A stretch of 61,652 bases of DNA, filler included, from Sluysia triapertura (taxonomy: Eukaryota), in assembly GCA_046118255.1 (NCBI GenBank). It is 4 parts of 4 records of this genome, joined end to end, with 100 filler letters (N's around TTAATTAATTAA, not from the genome) between each part and the next. Parts side by side here need not be neighbours in the genome. Positions count along the whole stretch, not along the records: positions 49,192 to 61,652 come from JBJNIA010106429.1; 3 more parts are not named here. One strand, given 5' to 3'. Shown here piece by piece: positions 50,212-61,652 of this stretch (position 1 is the stretch's first letter; every line of letters starts with the position of its first letter). The position numbers and the translations under genes were made by a program. The notes under the pieces are model-generated. The model did no database searches, had not been told where the DNA came from, and worked only from the letters and a program-made list of their open reading frames with translations.

Positions 50212-53200
50212 ATGAATGTTATTAAATTATTTCTTTATATAATGCCACTATACAAATTACATGGTATTAATGGAATCGAAGATTTTTCTGATAGGTTTCA
50301 ATTTAGATTTATTCCATTCGTGCTGGTAGTGTGTGGAATAACAGTTTTTTTATGCGGCTTTTTGCGATGGCCAATTACATGTATATTTGCAAATAATCCG
50401 TATGGTATGAATTTTCATGAATATTCGGAATATTTATGTTTTACTGAAGGCACTAGTGTAATTCAATATCACATTTCTTCACATTCAAATGATATAGATA
50501 AATATTCTTTACGCTACTATTCATGGTTACCGTTTTTATTTCTTTGTCAAATAATTATGTTTTCTATACCAGAAATTATATGGAAAAAGGTGCATAAAGA
50601 GTGTGTAGGATGTTCATTAAAGCCGATTATTGTGATAGGGTTAAATATAAATAATAGTGATATGGATGATAAAGAAAGAAATTCAAAATTAAGTGACTTA
50701 ACTGAAGCAGTTAGAAAAATAAACAACTTCGTTAGATTTTTATTTTTTAAAAACAATTTTGTCAAATTATATATGCATTTTCCTCAATAAACATACGAAA
50801 ACTTATTTTATATTCACCTTAATATATTCTAAAATAAATTTTTGGTCAAAACTTGATATTCATTTTATTTGAAGTTAAACTATAATAAAATCTAACGTTT
50901 GTAATCTTAATAAATTAGAATTTTTCTATTTAATACTAGGCAGAAAATTTATTCTTAAAAAGGTTGAATTCTACTGTTAGGACCATTTTTATGCGACTAA
51001 CAGACTCTGCCGGCAATTTTTCTATTATTGCTACTTTGATTACGATGATAGACCTAAATGATAGGTTTACGCAGAATCCAAAGGCATTTATAAATGGATA
51101 ATTAATGTCCATTGTTCTAAAACGTAAGTTATTTATTGAGATAAATAGAATAAGCTTCTCTGTGTTATGCCGTTCAGATGGAGACTGTATTTTTTGTAAT
51201 GGTAATGAAATGTTAAGAGACATTAAGAATAAAGTTAAACTTGAAGTGGAATATTATGAAATGTTCTGCTTAGTTCCATTGGAGAAGAGTGATGATATTA
51301 AACATTGCATAAATTTCAGTCATATAAATACTGCAACAAGATATTAGCATTTCAAATGCTATCCTTTCAATAATTAGCACAATAATTGGTAGTCCTAATG
51401 TATTTTCACTGCTTGGTGCAAGGAAATATCAAATGTTAGTACACTAGGTTGAGAGAAATACTATATTTTCATGCGGTTTTCCTAGCACTTAACCATGGCA
51501 AAAAAAAATTGAGCAGGTTCCGGTTACGGTAAATAACTTATAAGGTAGGATGGGCGTTACTGCAACTGTAAATTAACAATTCTTATCTTAAACTATATCT
51601 TTAAATGAATGTTTTTCCTTTTAATTATGCAATTTAACTTCCTTTTATTCCTTTAATAATTATTCTTAGAGGTTCTTGTACTACCTTGCTTTTTAAATTA
51701 CAAATCAAAAATGCACTTTACATAATAAATAAAACAATGAAAATTTAACAATTTATTCGAAACAATACAAATTTATAATAGACATTTATAAAAAAATCAG
51801 GTGCAACAATAAAAATAAATTTAAAATAAAAACCTATTAAGTATTTAATTTATAATAGTAACGAATTTTAAAATGAAGTTTAACCGTCAATATATCGGGG
51901 AAATCAAGTGTATAAATAAAAATTTGGTAGATTTTATGATATTAATTTCTGTTCAGATTTAACTAAAACTTAACTGGACAATTATAAAATATATTAAACG
52001 GGTCCACCTATAATCTAAGTTTTATATCTCACGGAAGACTTAGTTATAGGATTGTAATATGTCAACGCTACGAAAGAGTCCTTACTATCAATTATGTATA
52101 TCTATTGACTACTGATTAATGTTACTTAATTGTATCTTTTTATAGCAGACTCAACAACTTTACGAATCAAATACAAAAATTAAAATAACAAAGTTTAATA
52201 CTCTAAATATTCTACGAATTTTTATTTTTCACAAAGAAAATATTTAATAATACAAGTGCGAATAAGTGAATATTTAATAATATAAGTGCAAATAATAACA
52301 ATAATAGTAAATATATCAATTTAAGGATTTCTCCTAAATTAAATTATTGAATAAGATTTTAGTATGATTTTAACCCAGGTGAATACTTGAGTGTGGAAAA
52401 TGAATATGATTTTGAGTATATTTTAATACAGCAAAACTATTTTATTTTTATGTACTTTTATAAGTTATTATTGATTTAATTAATTAAAAAGTTAAACAAA
52501 ACAATTTTATAATTTTAATATCTACATAATCTACATAATATCTACATTTCAAAAAATAACTTACGAAGTTCATGGAATTGGGAAATAAAATAAACAAAAT
52601 GAAATAAGATAGACAAAATTGAGTGTTGCAGAATAATATTATTAGCCTTCTCCAGATGCAATTGATGTTGATAAACTGAAGGCCTTCAGATTAATTATAA
52701 TGTTTTTGTTAAAATTGCGAATAAAACCAAAATTTCTGCTGAAATTGTGAAAAATAAAATTATAACAATGTGACTATTTGTATAGGCTAACAGCCAATCA
52801 AAATCGAATAGATTTCTAGAATGTTCTAGAAACTTCGTTGTATTTTATAAGCAAATTTGTTTTGGAAAATAAGTTTCTTTTTTTATAAAATTGGTCTTTT
52901 AAATAATTTTAGACAATTGTAATGACAACCTAACGTAACTTACTCATTTAAAAAAATTTGACCTCAAAATTTGACACATTTTACAATGAAATTAGGGATT
53001 AAGTGATAAAATATAGAACGATATACATATGTAATCAAAAAGTTTATTACTGTAATTATTCCATCAATAACCTTCATTGTGATCAAATATGTTCAGATCA
53101 TTGTTGTCATTTAACCCATGTCAATCTCTATCCCAGCCATAAAGGTCATCCCGGGGAGAATGGGAGGCGTCGTCAAACTGTCCAGGAGAAAGCAAGTCGA

Positions 53201-55258
53201 TACAGCGACAGGAGAGTAGAGGAGAATTAAACGTAAAAATCTTCTTAATCGCCAATTATTGTGGGATTGGTTGCTACTGGAGAAAGAAAAGAATGAGGAA
53301 ACGAATGTGGTAAAAATGACAGATCCTTTAGCCAAATATGATCAAATAAAAGAATGGCATATTTAATAATCAAGGCAAGACAATTTTCGAGGAAAAAGGT
53401 GAGGTCATTTTATCACCTGTTTTGCTTTTATGAAAGGATCGTCTGAAGAGAATGACACTAAATTGGTGTTGGTGAGGAAACAATACCCGTCAACCAAACC
53501 TAAGGAATGTTCTATGGATTATAAGTAATTCGGGGTATAATGATACTAAAAACTTGTCGAAAAGCTGCGAATTTCTTCAATATCCTTAGCTGTAGGTTAA
53601 ATGTTCTTCATTGAGTCCATGAATTTCTTTATAAAAATTTTTTAACTCGTACTCTAAGTCGCAGGATTTCCAGTGTATGATACTTTTTCTGATAAGGTAT
53701 ACAACACAATTGCTTATCGTTCACGTTAAAAACATGATAGAATGATGTGTCTCATCAAAGACGGATAAGAACGGTACGTGAGTATAAGTACGACACTCCT
53801 GTCACAACAAAATGTTGAACATAAGTGTCGTACAAATGTGATGAACATGTTTTGTTTTCGAAGGAAAGCATGAAAGAGTATGGTTAAGGTGGAAGGATAT
53901 TTTCCAGCTTCTGTTCTATTCCATTTTAAGAAACGAATAGTCCAACAAAATAGGATATTATTAACCAGAAAGATTATTAATCGTGATTGAAGGAAAGTTG
54001 GCGGAATACGTGTGTTACAAGGTTAGTATTTCGGGTTAAAAGAATTGGTGGTACATTTCGGAGGTGGAAAAGAAACACAGTCAGACCCGCAAATACTTTG
54101 TCCGTTGGCTAAGTAGATGTGATCTAAAACGACATAAATTATATAAAAAAGGAAAAAATCGTCATATACAAACAAAGCAAAAAAATTTTGTAAATTATTC
54201 TTTTAGTATTTACATATTGTAAAAAAATTATTTTAAAGAATTGCAAAGAGGTAATTTGTTTAAGGAAAGGGTTCGGTCTAATGTTAAGGTGTTTATTGTA
54301 GAGGCCATTGGCCTTGTAAAATCTTTTCAATTCATGCACCCGCCTACTACGTTTTTGCGTTTATAGTAAGGCTCGTGTATGGTGACTACAGCATTGAAGT
54401 TAATTTGAGCACTAGATAAATAAGTGCAAATAGTGTCTGTATCTGGCTATGTAGAAAATTTGATAAGCTGTTAAAGTTGGACGACAAAAATGACAAATGG
54501 GATAAGCAGTGGGATAATTGTAGAGAAAAAAGATATACCTAAAGTGAAATCGATGATATCGAGGCATAGAAGAAGCTTGGTGTTTTCTGAGTGTTTTTAA
54601 ACAAATTGAGCAGATGGAAAAACCTATATCTAAAAAAATTAAATTTAACAAAAGATGTATAATAAATTTATAGAAAACCTAAGTAATCTTTTTCTTAATT
54701 ACAAATGAAATTATGCTGCGAGAAAGATACATATAGCTACATCCTTAATTCGCCGCAACCAGGTGTATAGAAAAAACCACAACGACGGTCGGTTCTCAAA
54801 TTGAAGGATATACTATTTCCTAAGCACAAACTGGATACTTATGTCGACGAGTTAAAAGCAGATTATATTTAATAGCTTCAAGCAACACGATTGATGTTAA
54901 ATAAAAATGTACAGCATTTAAACAAAAATAACTTATTAAACATGACTCATTAAAGAAATTTAAATATTTATTTAAAAATTCAGTTAAACAAAAAGAGGAA
55001 ATTTCAGTCCGTACATTTAGTTTTGTTTTATATTGCTATCAAAATCCTTTATTTATGCAACGTGATATTTCAATTATGGTTTGTGGAGCACATATTTCGA
55101 ATTGATAAATCATCTCAAAATACGTTCGGTTTTTCTATTTTAAGACGCATTATTGATCATACAGATCAAACTTTCAATGTAACTCAGACTATTTTCCCCA
55201 GATATGCATTTTGCCATGTTGAATTCAAATTATTAGCTGGTGTAAATAAATATGTTTG

Positions 55259-55319
<61 letters not shown>

Positions 55320-57921
55320 ATTATTATTATTTGCAGTTTTTCTAAGATATTAATTAACTATTAAAGTTTTATCTCGAACATCAAACTAAGATGAAATAAA
55401 TGAATAAGGGAGAAGAAACCCATCTAATTGTTTACCATGTTTCAGTATCTGAATAATAGACTAATTATTAAAGATTCAAACCAGTTATTTCAATAAGAAA
55501 TATTTAATTTAACCTACTATTACCTGCAGCGAACTTAATTAACCAATATATAATTTATTAAACTCGCAGTTACGATGACATTTAAGTAAACAAGTCCACA
55601 CATAACTTTTCTACATGCTAGAATTATACTATAAACAAAATTATCGTTTTAAAATAAGGTAAGTAACAGATCTTATTGATGAATTATGTAAAAATGTCAC
55701 TTTTGAATTACTGCCATTCATGAGTTAATTTGCTTTAGTGTAATAATAGAAAATAAAAACAGTGATCAATATACTATGGATAATAATAAAACAATTTTAT
55801 GTATAATAACAAAAATTATCAATGCATTTTTCCAGTTAATCACTTAAAGCTCTTTTGAAGAAACAATTGAGCCACAAATTCAATGTGTTAATTTTGAATC
55901 AATATTCGATAAAAATGAACAATTTCTTTTCTGTGCCTGTAAATTTTCAATCAATTCGGATTCTAAAAATCTGGAGTCTATTTTTGAGCACAAGTTTTTA
56001 TATCACGATATTTACGATTTCATGAATGGTGTCTATATTAACATTGACTCGAAATCAATTTCCGTTATTTTTTTATTAATGATACAAATTATATTAATAT
56101 AAAATGATGCGGTGGGATTGATTAATTCTATCACTAGCCGATTTAATATTTTCCTTATGAGCAAAGTCGATTAATGGGTTGCCATTCTTTGGTTTTGTGT
56201 AATTGTTGATTCTGGAATTTTTAAAAAACTTTTGAAACTAGAAACTTTCGCCGTTTTTATCTTCATCCTTTATTAAAACCATTCTGTAGCTTTTATTAGG
56301 ACTATTTGTTTTTTGATTAATTTTGTTTAATTTTTTATTTACAATTGATTTTTGATATGTAATTTTGATTTTTTTTTCGTCCTTTTCATCATTAGTATTT
56401 TTAATTTTAGAGAATTCTTCAGCCGGTATTTCTAATTTTTTATTCGCACAAATGACTTTTCCATTTATAGAAACATCTTCTGTTACTAAATTTTGAATTT
56501 ATATATTTAATCTGAATTTAAATTAGTTTTATGCGAAAACATTATTATCTGAATAATATTAAATTAAAATGAGCATATATTTATGGAGATTATAATAGAG
56601 CATTTATGCAGATTTTATGAAGATTATATTACAATAGTAATTTACATGTATTTGGTCTTTTGTAATAGTTAAATGTTTGTTAGTATTCATCTTTTGCGCT
56701 GCTTTTCGTATTTTATTAGATTTAATTTGTGAATGTCTGAACTTTAATTATCCGAATACAATACACACCATTAACAATTAACTAAATGTAAGAAAATATC
56801 AGTATAACGCATATATTCCAAGTTACGCAAAATCCACTGCAGAAATTAGTTTGAAGGCTTTGGTTTTAATCAAGGAGTTGTATCCAAATTCAATATTTAA
56901 ATTGTCGGCGAGCTGGTGTCAGCTTTTCGTGAAGAGGAATGATAATTTGTAAGAATAAGAGATAATTCAATAATGTAGAAAATTGGTTGTTAATCAGAAA
57001 TATACAATAATTTAAGGAAGAGGTATGAATATCGAAGAATTCAAGAAATTTTGTATGACTAATGTCATGGACGGAACGAGTAAGATGATATTTATGGTGT
57101 GAAAATGAATTAATGTTCGGAGAATATGATAAGCCAATTGAAATTGAAAATTTGACAGAGAGAAGATGAAAATAATTGTCTCCGTAATGAAGAAACTTTA
57201 TTTGAATGAAAATAAACATTTTTGCAACAATTTATTCTTATCTGGATTCCTAATTTTCTAAACAGGATAAAAATTATTTACTGATCACGATCATCATTCA
57301 AAAAATAAGACTAAAAGCGTGATATGTAATGGATATTTACTGTAATTTCTTACTATTATCTTGTTTAAAGATGTTTCTAAATGTCTTCAAAATACTTTTG
57401 AAAGTTTATTCTACCGTTTTTGTACATTCTCACATACATTAAAATTATTTCGTAAATATTCAGATTCACTCTAGATATTTAAATTTATTTAGATTTTTAA
57501 TAATTTTATTTTTATTATTTAGGTTGCTCAATGTGTTTTACCATTAAACATATTACTGGAGAAATTATTCGTTATACTTTGTTTGCTCTTTTTAGTATCA
57601 GGAGCTTTTACATTAATGTCTATATTTTATTGGTTAATAAAACTATTTACACGTCAACGCGTAAGGTATTTTGAAAGACTTCTTAAATACCACAGTGACT
57701 ATCGTCGACAATTTGATGATTCTAATAATAATTTGGATAAAGTAATTACTTTTGAAGAATTGACAAAAGAATTAAATGTTAATAATAGTTTTCTATTAAT
57801 GATGATTGGTTATAATTGTGGTGAAATATTATTAGCTGAAATTCTGTTGAAAATAGAAAATAATCAGCTTAGTGCTAATATGAATGGTAAAAATGCTGAC
57901 AATCAAAAGCAGTTCTTTTGA
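50212..57921 (+). CDS. inx: Innexin (gap-junction protein), 3 exons, 395 aa
   Basis: Exons 50212-50730, 54984-55253, 57523-57921, all phase 0. Motifs EDFSDR, PITC, EYLC, YYSWLP, KILYLCN, FPRYAFC, QCVLPLN..EK; four hydrophobic segments. Confidence 0.93.
52794..52850 (+). promoter_or_regulatory. CCAAT box, five-unit heat-shock element, TATA-like box
   Basis: GCCAATCA at 52794; tTTCt-aGAAt-gTTCt-aGAAa-cTTCg at 52813-52837; TTTTATAA at 52843. Confidence 0.55.
53100..54135 (-). pseudogene. ORF-X copy 2, decayed
   Basis: LFDKFLVSLYPELLI, IP*VWLTGIV/LTNTNLVS...DPFIKAKQVI, KDLSFLP align in order with copy 1. Confidence 0.6.
54412..54651 (-). pseudogene. RING-H2 finger gene copy 2
   Basis: CSICLKTLRKH...HRFHFRYI...ICHFCR; two Cys ligands lost; aligns with copy 1 with at most a one-residue gap. 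Confidence 0.7.
56780..57110 (+). mobile_element. pogo-family transposase relic in innexin intron 2
   Basis: FKLSASWCQLFVKRN (CENP-B-type HTH) and FKKFCMTNVMDGT (pogo C-terminal FKK..I.N.LDG motif); the middle is deleted. Confidence 0.6.
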
Positions 57922-60900
57922 TACCGAAGATGATGAATGATGTAAATTTTTTATTTATATTTTTTTTAAAATTCCAGGTTATTTTTAGCTTTTTATTTTT
58001 GTAAAAAAATCAACAAACTATGATAACTGTATGAATTTTATAACTCAAATTATCCAAAATGTATATAATTCGTGGATATTTGTTTTTAAATTCGAATGTA
58101 ATAAGTATTTTTTATTTTTTTATCATTAAATGATTGTTACAAAATGTTTAATCATTAATTCTGTTAAAAATCAAAAATTACCTCTCATGTTAAACTCATG
58201 AAGGTGTAAATTGGATAAGCTTGAGAATCATAAGATTCACACTGTCTATCATATTAAGTTATTTATTTAGCTAAATAAGATAAGTTCGATTCTATCGGAG
58301 AATATGCGTACAAGATATGTCGTTTATAAATAATGGAGATAATAATTAAACATTGTTGAAGATACTGACAAAGTGATAAATGTAATTAAGTCATTCGTGT
58401 TTTAATCTTAATAGTAAGTGATGTGACTTGGGCTTGCATAATTTTAAAAAAGCAATAAAATCACGAATTTTCTTATTTTAACAGTGATATTTATTCAACC
58501 CAATTCAATTCAAATTAATAGCAATAACTCAATAATTTAATAATTACAAATTAAATCATTAACAATAATACTATTTGGATTGTCCAAATGTGGATTAAGC
58601 AATAGAACTATAAAATAAAGGAAGAACCGATACAAATTGATTGATTGAACATTATAAACATTGTCGGAATAAGAATCATGAAAGTAAAAGAACCTGTAAT
58701 AATGTTGACAGCTAAAGAATATCTTCGAGTTAAAAGACCTACAAAAGGTCTTTGTGGAAGCTTGAAATGGACTTGGAAAAACGTTGAGGGCATTAAAGTA
58801 CCTTAGAGCTTGTAAACCTTTAGATTATTTAAGACCTTAGTAACCCTTAAGTATTCTTAAAACATCGATAGCATTTGAGATCCTTTAGTAATTTTATAAA
58901 GTATTTAAAATCTTTAAAATATTTGAGAAATAAATCATTGTTATTGGTATTAATGATAAATCTACTACGTTAATAATTAACATGAAGAAGTAGAAAAGGA
59001 ATCAGAGAGGTGAAGTGAAAATATCTAGAGCCTCCTGAATACCTTATAAACTACTAAATAAAACCCTTAAACATAAATAAGATTAAAATTAAATAAGATT
59101 AAGTCTAAAAATAGATTAATTAATTAAAATCTTAATTAATTTAATTAAGAAAAATACGTTTTTGTGAGTAACTTTTGAATGCTGAATGCTATGTTAAATT
59201 TTGAAATGTGTATGTATTTATTTTGAAAAGACCTTTCGATCGGGTTCATACCGAGTTCAAGGAAAGTCAAAGTTTAATTAATTTTTAATTATGGAATGTT
59301 GAATTTTTTATTCTTAGAATGATGCAAATATAATGAATTGAATATGAGATATAATGATATTAATAATACTGGTGATTTTAATTTATTGTGAGAAGTAATT
59401 TAAGTAAAAATAGATTAAGTATAGTAAAAGAACATAATGGTTGATAATAAATCAAATTTTTGTACCTAATGAAGTTTGAAAGAACGTACTATGCAAAAGT
59501 TGTTATTGTCAGTCTAATTCTCAAAGAGGTTTTGGTGATTTGAGTGAGAGTGTTTGAGTGGATGATGAGAAAGTATAAAATAAAAAAAACTTAAAATATT
59601 TTACAACACAACTGCACAATCAAGTTATATTCATTAAAAGATCCGTGCTTTTGGTAAGCCTTGAATATTTTATTTTTGGTGAAAATCCTTAATTTTTTTT
59701 AACATAGTGGGAGACAATTTGCCAATTTATTTTTAAAATATTATTTGATTTTTAGATATTTTTAAGTTAACATTGTGGGATACACTTCCAAATTTATTTT
59801 TAAAAAATTTAATTTTGATTTTGTTTTGCATTATTTGGAAAGAATATAAATATCATTATTTGTCAAATCTTAATTTTCGTTGCGTTACCTTTTTGTATGG
59901 GTTATTGTGTACTTAACATTGTTATAAAATTTATTATTAATTTTCTTTTAATTGTTATCGATTCCGGTTAACTCATTTATATTATTGTCAAGGCGGAGAC
60001 TTACTGTAGTAATTTGTATTTATTTTTTGTAATTATTATATCATTGAGTTTTGTTATTAATTTGAATAAAAGAATATAAGTTTGTTGGGGTTGAACAGTT
60101 ACTAGTCTAATAGAATTTGAAATAACTTAAATTTACTTTGATAAGCATTGAAAAAGTTGGGATTCCGCTTAAGTAAATTAAACTGTTATTGACTTATTGT
60201 AATCGGTTAATTCAAAGGAACAACAATACGAATAATTTAAATAAAACTAAATCTCAAAATTAACAATATTTATAGTAATATTAAGGACACAATAATATAT
60301 CGAAAGTTTACAGAGTATTTTACGAAGATCCTATGAAAAGGATCTATAGAAATTATTTTACGTAATTAGAGTTAAATTCTAATCGTTGAAATCGTTACTG
60401 TACTAAAGATTTTATGGTTGAAACTATTCAATAAGGAATAAATTCTTGCAAACTTTTTAGTACAATTACTAATTTATACATTATTATAAATAAAAAAATA
60501 AAATAAACATATTACGAGGAATTAGTTTTAATTCCTAAACTAATGAAATTTTAATAAAGATTTTACGTAAGATCTATTAAAGATCGTTTTAGAAATAATT
60601 TACACAAATGATTTTTTGTGGATTTTACGTAGATACAGTGTTAGTATCGAGCCTTAAAATAAAATAAACCAACGTTACAGAATAAATTATATTATTTGAA
60701 AATGAAGATCGATTAGAGTCGATTTGAAACAATGTATGACGACGTGCCATTGTATTAAGATCTGTACAAATTCTGTAAATTTTAAAAAAAACTTGTGTGA
60801 CAATGAGTAAATAATTAACTATTTATATTTATTTCAGATCGACCTTGGCTTTTTAAAATTTTTAAATTCAAATATTAAATTTAAACAAATAAAAATATTA

Positions 60901-61652
60901 AATTAAATTTATATATAATATTAAAATTTAAAAACGGATATTAAATTTTAAAAATATTAAATATTACCTATATTTAAAATTTGAATTATTTCCAGAAAAT
61001 CAATAATAATAATTGTAATAATTCCAAAATTAACAATTGTGAATTAAAAAAATTATTGTTAATAATAAAATAACAATTGTAGATTCAAACAATAAAAATC
61101 AATAATTATAATATACTTATAATATACACTTCGCATAAAATTCGGAATGAAAAAAATCAATAATTTATTTACAAATAGTTAGTGTGCACTGTTATGTTAT
61201 TTACAACAAAATAATGTTTGCAAAGTGAATCAAATACCTTCAAATAATAATTTCAAATTGAATGAAACCCATCTATTTATACTTGCTTCTTTCCATAATA
61301 ATGACAATTTCAATTTTTGTAATGCAGTAATATATAGTGTAATTACTTTTTTAATATTATTTCATTATTTATTTTTTAATATTATTTTTAATATGATCTC
61401 ATATACACTATAGTTTCTTATTATTCTATAGCATATAAGTTATTATTTTTCTCTATTAATTTTAATTATTATTATTTTATTCACTTATTGTTTATTAATA
61501 TGATATTACTTTTAACTTAATTTTTAATTTGTATAATATTTTTCTATAATATAATTTTAATAATAATTTTATACAGATTTTAATAGATAATTTTATGACT
61601 AAATTTTAATATTAACAAACAATAAACTTTAATATTACTAAATAATCATTAC

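Larger units (their letters stand above)
51450..54700. mobile_element. Element in innexin intron 1: motif-A/promoter region (+) followed by ORF-X and RING genes (-)
   Basis: The non-coding part is homologous to 12030-12780; the coding part is homologous to 35451-37377. Confidence 0.65.

Noticed and set aside
50930-51350. Degenerate ORF in innexin intron 1
   Set aside because: No recognisable domain and no second copy in the window.
54320-54410. Seventh motif-A copy on the minus strand
   Set aside because: A hairpin is present but the P0 and GTTCG features are not convincing.
1-61652. CRISPR arrays, rRNA, tRNA, spliced-leader RNA, hammerhead ribozyme
   Set aside because: No repeat-spacer array, cloverleaf, SL sequence or CUGAUGA...GAAA core with proper stems found by eye.

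Overview
Very AT-rich, intron-containing animal DNA, most consistent with a flatworm (inference from the innexin and LENG8 sequences and a 34-nt intron). It consists of four contigs joined by artificial 100-nt N/TTAATTAATTAA spacers (14899-14998, 30290-30389, 49092-49191), so adjacency across the spacers is not trustworthy. Host genes: a 7+-exon LENG8/THP3-like SAC3/GANP gene (minus, runs off the 5' end), a complete 3-exon innexin (395 aa), exons with an Axin-type beta-catenin-binding motif, one iGluR-like ATD exon, an LDLa-TM exon, and decayed snurportin-1 and EF-hand/PPP-phosphatase pseudogenes. The rest is mostly mobile-element debris. Three things stand out. (1) A decayed retroelement polyprotein at 16.4-20.5 kb: a chuvirus-type glycoprotein half followed by three retropepsin domains, an orphan Gypsy-type integrase zinc finger and two tandem helical+ubiquitin-like modules. 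(2) An unrecognised two-gene cassette (RING-H2 plus a ~450-aa unknown ORF-X) in two diverged copies on different contigs. (3) A dispersed two-hairpin motif with compensatory base changes in six copies, linked to that cassette and to a CCAAT/heat-shock-element promoter. All protein assignments are by-eye motif recognition; no database searches were run.
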